Shown here: one piece after another, positions 56,755 to 64,000 of the stretch
Layout of the letters: every line of letters begins with the position of its first letter
Numbering within the stretch: position 1 is the stretch's first letter
Assembly: GCA_965215505.1 (NCBI GenBank)
Contig: OZ244065.1
Span: forward strand, 5,568,001-5,632,000
Reading direction: 5' to 3'
Length of the DNA: 64,000 nucleotides
Origin: Capsulimonadaceae bacterium
Lineage (GTDB): Bacteria > Armatimonadota > Armatimonadia > Armatimonadales > Capsulimonadaceae
Made by a program: the position numbers and the translations under genes
Notes under the pieces: model-generated
Seen by the model: only the letters and a program-made list of their open reading frames with translations
Told to the model about the DNA's origin: nothing
Databases searched by the model: none

Positions 56755-57261
56755 ATGACCACACTCACCGAACAAACAGCCCCCGCCTATACCAGCCGGT
56801 CGCAGTGGAACGTGGAGCGCCCGCGCGTCCTCGTCGCCTGCTGCTCGGACGGACGTTTGCAGGAGGCCATTGACGAGTTCTTGCAGAACCACCTGCACAT
56901 CCGCGATTACGACCGCTTCTACGCGCCGGGCGGACCCGGCGCGCTGACGCCGGGCGGGTACGAGTTCCTGCGGGCGACGCAGTACCGGGACGACCTGGCG
57001 TTCCTGATCCGCGCCCACAAGGTCGAGGATTTGCTGCTGATCTTCCACGGGGCCGCGCCCGACGGCACGGCGGAGGCGACCTGCGCCCACTACCACCGCG
57101 TCCTGCCGGGGGCCAGCGCGGCGGCCGTGCGAGAGCAGCAGTTCCAGGATCTCGCCGATCTCCAGATGTACCTGAACGGCCTGCGCCTGACCGCGCGGGT
57201 ACGCGCCTACCGGGCCGAGGTGAAAGCGGACCGTCAGGTGCAGTTCGTGCCGATGCTTTGA
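56755..57261 (+). CDS. Beta-carbonic-anhydrase-like protein
   Basis: CSDGR, PGG, H...C putative zinc ligands with atypical spacing. Confidence 0.65.
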   Translation: MTTLTEQTAPAYTSRSQWNVERPRVLVACCSDGRLQEAIDEFLQNHLHIRDYDRFYAPGGPGALTPGGYEFLRATQYRDDLAFLIRAHKVEDLLLIFHGAAPDGTAEATCAHYHRVLPGASAAAVREQQFQDLADLQMYLNGLRLTARVRAYRAEVKADRQVQFVPML

Positions 57262-57273
57262 CGGAAACCATTT

Positions 57274-58191
57274 ATGGACTGGCAGGAGCGGCTGAACCGG
57301 AGCCTCGGGCGGATGCCGCTGGGGCGGGGGACGGTGGAGGTGCTGCAATGGGCCTACGACCGGCACCTGGCCGACAACCGCCCGCACCGGCACACGTTCT
57401 TTGAAGTGTGCCTGGTCGGCGGGTATGGGGCAGGCGAATTCGTCGTGCAGGACCGGGCGCACCGGGTCGGGCCGGCGGACCTGTTGATCGCGCGCCCCGG
57501 CGTCATCCACCAAATCGTCAATACGGGCCGACCAAATATGGAACTGTCCTGGGTCTCGTTCCAGTGGACGCCCACACCCGCCGGAGCGCCCGGTGAGGTG
57601 GACGCCCTGCTGCGGGACTTCGCGGAAGCCTCGCTCCTGGTCGCCCCGGACGGGCAGGGGCAGGTCACCGCACTCTGGGGGGCACTGCGGGCGGTCGCCT
57701 CGGGTCCGACCGGCGCGGCTTATGAGGTCCAGTATCAGGCCTTGGCGACCGCCTTGATTCTGGGCATCGCGCAGGCCGGGGCGGGGCGGGAGCGGTTGCC
57801 GGACGCGGAGCCGTCGGGGCCGGGAGCAGGCGACCTCGCTGCGCGGCTCGCCGTCCGCTTCATCCACGACAACCTAAACCGCCCCCTGCCACTGGCCGAG
57901 ATCGCCGCACAGGCCCACCTCTCCCCCCGCCACCTGTCCCGGCTGCTGACGCGCTTCACCGGCAAGTCGCCCGCGCATTACATCACCCACGCCCGCATGG
58001 ACCGGGCGCGCGGCCTGCTCCTGCGCTCCCAGACGCCGATCAAGGAGGTCGCCGTCGCGGTCGGCTACCCGGACGTCCACCACTTCACGCGCGCCTTCGC
58101 CGCTCACTTCGGCACGCCGCCGGGGGAGATGCGCCGCCACCCCGAACAGGCTCCTGTCCCGAATATCCAAAAGCCGGGCGATTTGGTCTAA
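57274..58191 (+). CDS. AraC-family regulator with cupin sensor
   Basis: HRHTFFE, PGVIHQ; LSPRHLSRL, VGYPDVHHFTRAF. Confidence 0.93.
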   Translation: MDWQERLNRSLGRMPLGRGTVEVLQWAYDRHLADNRPHRHTFFEVCLVGGYGAGEFVVQDRAHRVGPADLLIARPGVIHQIVNTGRPNMELSWVSFQWTPTPAGAPGEVDALLRDFAEASLLVAPDGQGQVTALWGALRAVASGPTGAAYEVQYQALATALILGIAQAGAGRERLPDAEPSGPGAGDLAARLAVRFIHDNLNRPLPLAEIAAQAHLSPRHLSRLLTRFTGKSPAHYITHARMDRARGLLLRSQTPIKEVAVAVGYPDVHHFTRAFAAHFGTPPGEMRRHPEQAPVPNIQKPGDLV

Positions 58192-58240
58192 AGACGTTTA
58201 GGCAGTGTCAGTGCTATCATGGGGACATAAGGAGAGACCC

Positions 58241-59119
58241 ATGCTTACCGACCAGCAGAAACAGTTTTTTGCCGACAACGGCTATGTCCTCGTCCCCGGC
58301 CTGTTCACGCCCGAAGAGGCCGCTTTGTACCGCCGGGAGGCGCACGATCTGGCCCACCGCCTGAGCGCTATACGCAACATCAACTCGACCTGGGGCAGCG
58401 CCAACACGGTCACAGACAAGCCCACTCAACTCCTGCACTGCCACGATGTCCAGTTCCAGTCCGCCGCCTTCACGCGGATGCTGGTCAACGCGAAGTTCAC
58501 CGAAGCCGCCGCCGACATCATCGGGCCGAACGTCCAGCTCCACCACACCAAGATGTTCATCAAGCCGCCGGAGAAAGGCTCGCCGTTCCCGATGCACCAG
58601 GACGCGCCGTTCTTCCCGCACGAGAACCATTCCATGATTGCGGCCATCATCCACTTTGATGATGCGCCCATCGAGCGGGGCTGCGTCCGGGTCGTCCCCG
58701 GCTCGCACAAGCTGGGGATGCTGCCGCACATCGCCGCCGGTGCCTGGCACCTGTCGCCCGAGGAGTACCCCGTCTCGGAGGCCGTTCCCGCCGAGGCCAA
58801 GGCCGGGGACGTGCTGTTCTTCAGCTACCTGACCATCCACGGCTCGGGCATCAACGAGAGCGACCAGGCGCGGACGACGGTTCTGGTCCAGATGCGCGAC
58901 CCCGCCGACCCGCCCTCCTTCCGCGCCCACGAGTCCAACGGCCAGGGCATGATGCTGGCCGGCGTAGACCCCTCCTGCGCCACGCGCCCTGCCTGGGAGC
59001 GCGAACAGACCCCCGACGGTACGCTGGGCGAGGCCAACGGGAACGGCGCGAAGGCCGTGCCGATGGGCATGGGCGCGGCCATGGCCGGGTCAATGGGCGG
59101 TGGGATGGGTAAGATGTAG
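58241..59119 (+). CDS. Phytanoyl-CoA dioxygenase (PhyH) family Fe(II)/2OG oxygenase
   Basis: FFADNGY, MHQD, VPGSHK, AGDVLFF, IHGS, R; SD AAGGAG. Confidence 0.92.
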   Translation: MLTDQQKQFFADNGYVLVPGLFTPEEAALYRREAHDLAHRLSAIRNINSTWGSANTVTDKPTQLLHCHDVQFQSAAFTRMLVNAKFTEAAADIIGPNVQLHHTKMFIKPPEKGSPFPMHQDAPFFPHENHSMIAAIIHFDDAPIERGCVRVVPGSHKLGMLPHIAAGAWHLSPEEYPVSEAVPAEAKAGDVLFFSYLTIHGSGINESDQARTTVLVQMRDPADPPSFRAHESNGQGMMLAGVDPSCATRPAWEREQTPDGTLGEANGNGAKAVPMGMGAAMAGSMGGGMGKM

Positions 59120-59148
59120 GGGAAACGCAGCGTCCGGCAGGACAACAG

Positions 59149-59185
59149 ACAGGCGGCGGGGAAACATACCCCGCCGCCTGTTTTT
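59149..59185 (+). terminator. Intrinsic terminator
   Basis: ACAGGCGGCGGGG-AAACATA-CCCCGCCGCCTGTTTTT. Confidence 0.88.
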
Positions 59186-59200
59186 GAGGCTGAGGCACCC

Positions 59201-59818
59201 ATGACAATTTCGTACCGTATGAGCATGACCGACAACTGGCACCAGATCAGATGCATCTTCACCAAGACGATATTAGGAAAGTGTCTCCTGGTGTTCTTCC
59301 TTGTCATTCCTTTTGTGGCCCCGGTCGTTTTCTACCACGTTGCGTCTTCGCACCCTGCCCTCCCTTCACATCATGCCGCCCCTAGCCCAAGGTTTGACCA
59401 CTTGGCAGCAATCACGTCTTTAATCGTGGTATCAGCGTTCTATGCCATCATCCTTTTCGGTGGGCTAATCGGTTTGTATCTGGCAACGCTGATACTTCCA
59501 AGGACGACGATCACTGTTGAGCCTGAATTTCTCACCCTAAGCATTCTCACGACTGAAAAGCTCCGCTGGAAGCAATTCTCCGCAGTCGCGGAAGAAGCCG
59601 ACCATTTCTACTTCGTTGGGTGGAAACGAGCGTTCCTTGTCCCAAAACGCGCGTTCAACAGTTCCGCCGAGGCCGAGTCTTTCTTCGATACCGCACTCGT
59701 CTACTGGCGGAAGGCAACGGGGATCGTTCCGCCTCCCGCCCCGAATGTCTCCGGCGTCTGGCCGCCCGCGCCGCGCGCGGGGGATTCTCAGGAACTAGGC
59801 GGAACCCCGAAAGGTTAG
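59201..59818 (+). CDS. YcxB-like membrane protein with C-terminal WPPAP
   Basis: 2 TM; LRWKQFSAVAEEADHFYF, VPKRAF; lower GC. Confidence 0.75.
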   Translation: MTISYRMSMTDNWHQIRCIFTKTILGKCLLVFFLVIPFVAPVVFYHVASSHPALPSHHAAPSPRFDHLAAITSLIVVSAFYAIILFGGLIGLYLATLILPRTTITVEPEFLTLSILTTEKLRWKQFSAVAEEADHFYFVGWKRAFLVPKRAFNSSAEAESFFDTALVYWRKATGIVPPPAPNVSGVWPPAPRAGDSQELGGTPKG

Positions 59819-59866
59819 GGGGTATACTAGAGCCGACAAATTAACCACGAGGATTATTCACCCATC

Positions 59867-61153
59867 ATGATACAACGCGAAGTGCTTCCTAACGGCGTCC
59901 GCATCGTCACCGAGAACATTACCTATGTCCAATCGGTGGCTTTGGGCATCTGGGTCGGGGTGGGGGCGCGCGACGAATCCGACAAACTGCGGGGCATCTC
60001 GCACGTCATCGAGCACATGCTGTTCAAGGGGACGCCGACGCGCACCGCCCAGCAGATCGCCGATCAGATCGACTCGGTCGGGGGGGACATCAACGCCTTC
60101 ACCTCCAAAGAAAGCACCTGCTATTACGTCCGCATCCTCTCCGAACACGTTCCCCTCGCCGTTGACATCCTCACCGACATGTTCCTGAACTCCAACGTTG
60201 ACCCCGAGGAACTGGCGCGCGAGCAGAACGTCATCCTGGAAGAGATCAAGCGGCGCGACGACGAGCCGGACGACCTGGTCCACGACATGTTCGCGCAGAC
60301 CTTGTGGCCGAATCACGTCCTGGGCAAGAGCATCATCGGGACGCCCGAGACGGTTTCCAGCCTGAAATCGGCGGACCTGAAGGGCTACATGACCGAGCAT
60401 TACACGCCGGACACCATCGTCGTGGCGGCGGCGGGCAACCTGAACCACGACGAGATCGTGGCGATGGTGCGGGAGCGGCTCGGGCACCTGACCGGCAGCA
60501 AGTCCGACTGGCGCGCGCCGGACACGACGCCGTTGTTCACGCCCGAAACCATTTACATCGAGAAGCCCATCGAGCAGGTCAACCTTGTCATCGGGGCACC
60601 CGGCTACTCGCAGCTTTCCGACGACAAGTACAAGCTTTCTATCCTGGACAACGTGCTGGGTGGCTCCATGAGCAGCCGTCTGTTCCAGGAGATCCGCGAG
60701 AAGCGCGGCCTGGCCTACTCGGTCGGGTCGTACTCGCAGTCCTATCGGGAGGGCGGCTACTTCGGCGTCTACTCCGGCACCAGCGCCAAGACGGCGGAGC
60801 AGGTCATTGATCTGGTCCGGGCGGAGTTCAAGAACGTCCACAAGAACAACATCACCCAGAAGGAGCTGGACCGGTCCAAGAACCAGTTCCGTGGGTCGAT
60901 CGTGATGAGCCAGGAAGGGATGAACTCGCGCATGATGCGGATCGGGCGCAATGAGCTGACCTACGACCGCGTCATCCCCGTCGAGGAGATCATGGACAAG
61001 ATCGTCGCCGTGACGCTCGACGACATCGCCGAGGTTTCGGAGTACCTTTTCGGGCGCGACGAGTACGCGATGGCGACGGTCGGCCCGTTCACCAAGGACG
61101 GCGCGACGATTGTCGAGGAAGAGGAAGACGGCGGCGAAGAGGCGGCGCAATGA
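59867..61153 (+). CDS. M16 (pitrilysin-family) zinc peptidase
   Basis: HVIEHMLFKGT, NAFTSKE, SRLFQEIREKRGLAY. Confidence 0.96.
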   Translation: MIQREVLPNGVRIVTENITYVQSVALGIWVGVGARDESDKLRGISHVIEHMLFKGTPTRTAQQIADQIDSVGGDINAFTSKESTCYYVRILSEHVPLAVDILTDMFLNSNVDPEELAREQNVILEEIKRRDDEPDDLVHDMFAQTLWPNHVLGKSIIGTPETVSSLKSADLKGYMTEHYTPDTIVVAAAGNLNHDEIVAMVRERLGHLTGSKSDWRAPDTTPLFTPETIYIEKPIEQVNLVIGAPGYSQLSDDKYKLSILDNVLGGSMSSRLFQEIREKRGLAYSVGSYSQSYREGGYFGVYSGTSAKTAEQVIDLVRAEFKNVHKNNITQKELDRSKNQFRGSIVMSQEGMNSRMMRIGRNELTYDRVIPVEEIMDKIVAVTLDDIAEVSEYLFGRDEYAMATVGPFTKDGATIVEEEEDGGEEAAQ

Positions 61154-61911
61154 CGGACCGGATCACGGTCGCCGTCTCGGGGGCGCTGGGCCGCATGGGG
61201 CGTGAGGTCGTTGCCGCCGTCAGCGCCGAGCCGGACCTCCAACTTGTGGCTGAAACGGACAGGGACGACAATCTGGGGGACGTGCTGGGCCGGACGAAGC
61301 CCAGTGCCTTGGTGGACTTCTCAGTCCCCGAAGCTGTCATGGGCAACATCGAGGCCGCCCTGGTTGCCCATGTCGTCCCCATCGTTGGCACGACCGGCCT
61401 GTCGCCGGGTGATGTCGCCCATGTCCGCGACCTGTGCCGCCGTCACGGGTGCGGCGCGCTCATCGCCCCGAACTTCGCCATCGGCGCGGTCCTGATGATG
61501 CAGTTCGCCCGGCTGGCGGCGAAGCACATGCCCGACGCCGAGATCATCGAAATGCACCACGAGAAGAAGCTGGATGCGCCTTCCGGGACGGCTGCCAAGA
61601 CCGCCGAGATGATCGCTGAGGGCCGGGCCAGTGCCGCCCCGACGCCGCTCCCCGCCGATGCCTTCGAGAAGATCCCCGGCTCGCGCGGCGGCAAGGGGGT
61701 GGGGGACGTTCCCGTCCATTCCGTCCGCCTGCCCGGCTTCGTCGCCTCCCAGATGGTCATCTTCGGCGGCCTGGGCCAGACCTTGACCTTGCGGCACGAC
61801 TCGATAGACCGCAAATCCTTTATGCCCGGCGTCCTGCTCGCCGTCCGCCACGCGCCCGCCCTGGCCGCCAACGGCGGCGAACTGGTCTATGGGCTGGAGA
61901 ACTTGCTGTAG
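61150..61911 (+). CDS. dapB: 4-hydroxy-tetrahydrodipicolinate reductase
   Basis: GALGRMG, GTTG, APNF, EMHHEKKLDAPSGTA, HSVR. Confidence 0.97.
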   Translation: MTDRITVAVSGALGRMGREVVAAVSAEPDLQLVAETDRDDNLGDVLGRTKPSALVDFSVPEAVMGNIEAALVAHVVPIVGTTGLSPGDVAHVRDLCRRHGCGALIAPNFAIGAVLMMQFARLAAKHMPDAEIIEMHHEKKLDAPSGTAAKTAEMIAEGRASAAPTPLPADAFEKIPGSRGGKGVGDVPVHSVRLPGFVASQMVIFGGLGQTLTLRHDSIDRKSFMPGVLLAVRHAPALAANGGELVYGLENLL

Positions 61912-62010
61912 GGGCGCGATTTATCGCGCCCTCTTCCTTTATCGCGCCTGACGGGAGGGCGGGGGAACCCCGCCCCTACGATGTCGCGTAGGGGTCGGGT
62001 TCCCCGACCC
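61908..62010. repeat. Cluster of three alternating REP elements (BIME-like)
   Basis: + 61908-61931, - 61957-61979 (identical to 55741-55763), + 61988-62010 GTAGGGGTCGGGTTCCCCGACCC. Confidence 0.87.
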
Positions 62011-62797
62011 TTTCTTTTGCCTTCCCCATCTCCCGCCTCAGCGCCCGCTCCCGCCACCGCAGGCGCAGCGGCATGATCAGCGACTCCCACACGACCCCTT
62101 TGGACAGCTTCGACTGGCCCGCGCGCCGCTCCATGAAGATGATCGGCACTTCGGTGATCCCGAAGCCCGCGACTTGCGCCCGGAACGTCATCTCCACCTG
62201 GAACGAGTAGCCGTTCGAGCGGACAGTCTCCAATTTGATGGCCTCCAGAACGCGCCGGTGGTACATCCGGTAGCCGCTCGTGCAGTCGTTTACGGTCAGC
62301 CGCGTCACCGTCCGCACATACCAGTTCGCGCCCCACGAAAGCAGGATGCGGCGCAGGGGCCAGTTGATGACCGAAATTCCGTTGAGATAGCGCGAGCCGA
62401 TGACCACGTCTGAGGTGCGCGCGGCCTCCACCATGCTTTGCAGGTACAAAGGGTCGTGTGACAGGTCGGCGTCCATCTCGACAACGGCCTCATAGCCCCC
62501 CGCCAATGCCCAGGCGAATCCGGCGAGGTAGGCCCGGCCCAGGCCCTCTTTCGACGCCCGGTGCAGGACGTGGACGCGGCCCCCTGCCTCCGGGGAAGCG
62601 GCCAGTGTGTCGGCGAGACGCCCGGTGCCGTCCGGAGAATTATCGTCCACGATCAGCAGGTCCACGCGGGCGGGCTGTTTCAAGACCTCATGGGCCACTT
62701 TTTCCAGGTTGTCTGCCTCATTGTAGGTCGGGACGACAACGATTGTGCGGGTTTTCGGGTATTCTAAAGACGTTTGATGGGGGACTGCTGGGGACAT
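61976..62797 (-). CDS. Polyprenol monophosphomannose synthase (Dpm1/Ppm1-like GT2)
   Basis: PTYNE, DDNSPDGT, GLGRAY, MDADLSH, GSRY, DCTSGYR, GYSFQVE. Confidence 0.92.
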   Translation of the reverse strand: MSPAVPHQTSLEYPKTRTIVVVPTYNEADNLEKVAHEVLKQPARVDLLIVDDNSPDGTGRLADTLAASPEAGGRVHVLHRASKEGLGRAYLAGFAWALAGGYEAVVEMDADLSHDPLYLQSMVEAARTSDVVIGSRYLNGISVINWPLRRILLSWGANWYVRTVTRLTVNDCTSGYRMYHRRVLEAIKLETVRSNGYSFQVEMTFRAQVAGFGITEVPIIFMERRAGQSKLSKGVVWESLIMPLRLRWRERALRREMGKAKERVGEPDPYATS

Positions 62798-62859
62798 ACG
62801 CGCGTTCTTGTACCGACCTCTTCTTGAATTGACTCCAACGAATACGCTACTGGAATACG

Positions 62860-64000
62860 ATGTCGTTCGGCCGTAAAATCGCAAACCGGATCGTGCTGGC
62901 TTACCTGGTCCCGCTGGCCTTCACGCTGCTGATCGGCATCGTTCTCATCCATTTGGGTGGAGACCAGATCAAGCTGCGGGATTACGCCTTGGGCATGGTC
63001 TTCGCCCTCATCCCCGCCGTGATCATCGGACGCCTGCTGACCCAGCCGATCACGACGCACCTGGGACAACTCCGGCGCGGGGCGGAGCGGATCGAACACG
63101 GCGATTACCAGTCCCGCGTGGTCGCGAGTACGGGGGACGAGTTCGCGGACCTCGCCCGCGCTTTCAACCACATGGCGGACGTGCTGGCCCAGCGCGAGAG
63201 CGTCCTGCGCGAGCAGAACGGCGTCCTGGCGACCCTCAACCACCGGTTCGAGTCGGTCCTGAACGCCGCCAACGACGGCATCGCCATGCTGGACCGGCAG
63301 GGCCACTTCGTGCTGATTAACCGGCGTTTTGGCGAGCTGCTGGGGGGCAGGCCCGAGGCATTGCTGCGCCACACGGTGGAGGAGGCACCCCCCCTGCTCC
63401 TGGAGCGGCTGGCCCGCCTGAGCAGCCGCCTGGCCGCGCTGCTGCCCGGCGACGTGCAGGACGAGCGCGGAGTCGCCGAGGAGATCATCGCGCTCGACGG
63501 CTCGGACCAGCGCTTCTTGCAGTTCTACACGGCCCCCGTCCAGGGCGAAGACGGTCAGGAGACCATCGGCCGGATTCTTGTCCTGCGGGACGTGACGCGC
63601 GAGCGGGAGCTGGACAAGATGAAGACCGACTTCATTTCGGTCGTCTCGCACGAGCTGCGGACGCCGCTCACCAGCATCAAGGGCTATACGGACTTGCTGC
63701 TGTCCGGGGCGACCGGTGAGGTGTCCGAGCTGCAAGCGGAGTTCCTGGGCATCATCCAGAGCAGCACGACGCGGCTCTCTAACTTGATCAACGACATCCT
63801 GGACATCTCGCGGATCGAGTCCGGCAGCATCCAGATCAAGCACGAGCCGATCGACTACCGCCGCATCGTTTCGGACACACTGCGGCTGATGAAGGCCGCC
63901 GCCGACGAGAAGCAGATCAGCATGGATGCGAGCCTGCCCGAATCCATCCCGCCGGTCCGGGGCGACACGGACAAAGTGACGCAGGTCCTGGCGAACCTCG
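62860..64000 (+). CDS. Membrane sensor histidine kinase (TM-HAMP-PAS-HisKA), 3'-truncated by window
   Basis: Absent from the ORF track; MSFGRKIANRIVLAY..., DEFADLARAFNHMA, RDVTRERELDKMKTDFISVVSHELRTPLTSIKG. Confidence 0.95.
   Translation, partial: MSFGRKIANRIVLAYLVPLAFTLLIGIVLIHLGGDQIKLRDYALGMVFALIPAVIIGRLLTQPITTHLGQLRRGAERIEHGDYQSRVVASTGDEFADLARAFNHMADVLAQRESVLREQNGVLATLNHRFESVLNAANDGIAMLDRQGHFVLINRRFGELLGGRPEALLRHTVEEAPPLLLERLARLSSRLAALLPGDVQDERGVAEEIIALDGSDQRFLQFYTAPVQGEDGQETIGRILVLRDVTRERELDKMKTDFISVVSHELRTPLTSIKGYTDLLLSGATGEVSELQAEFLGIIQSSTTRLSNLINDILDISRIESGSIQIKHEPIDYRRIVSDTLRLMKAAADEKQISMDASLPESIPPVRGDTDKVTQVLANL

Overview
This is a high-GC bacterial chromosomal window, mostly + strand housekeeping and carbohydrate genes. 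Gene style and the C-terminal WPPxP motifs suggest Armatimonadota, which is an inference only. Conserved backbone: uvrC-(yvlD)-rapZ-yvcK, crcB, class I aldolase, yebC, glcEF, gmhA, metF, pspA, mnmE and truB-ribF...rpsO-pnp...M16 peptidase-dapB, ending in a partial histidine kinase. Accessory material: a TPR pseudogene plus a VapBC-type module after uvrC, and a lower-GC islet (~12640-15775). The islet holds a complete IS3-family element (12999-14239, GGTA target duplication) that splits a HExxH zincin gene, followed by a HicB-like/STAS fusion. Most interesting unexplained signals: (1) a stand-alone promoter / 3x ACAACCGAATA repeat / terminator unit at 44552-44690 that looks like an unannotated repeat sRNA; (2) an ExeA-like AAA ATPase paired with a ParG-like ribbon-helix-helix protein behind an inverted-repeat operator; (3) GTAG-type REP elements whose TAG is the stop codon of up to six genes; (4) a BshC-like orphan protein; (5) repeated leaderless-type promoters. 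No rRNA, tRNA or CRISPR array was seen. All product calls come from motif recognition by eye; no database search was run.
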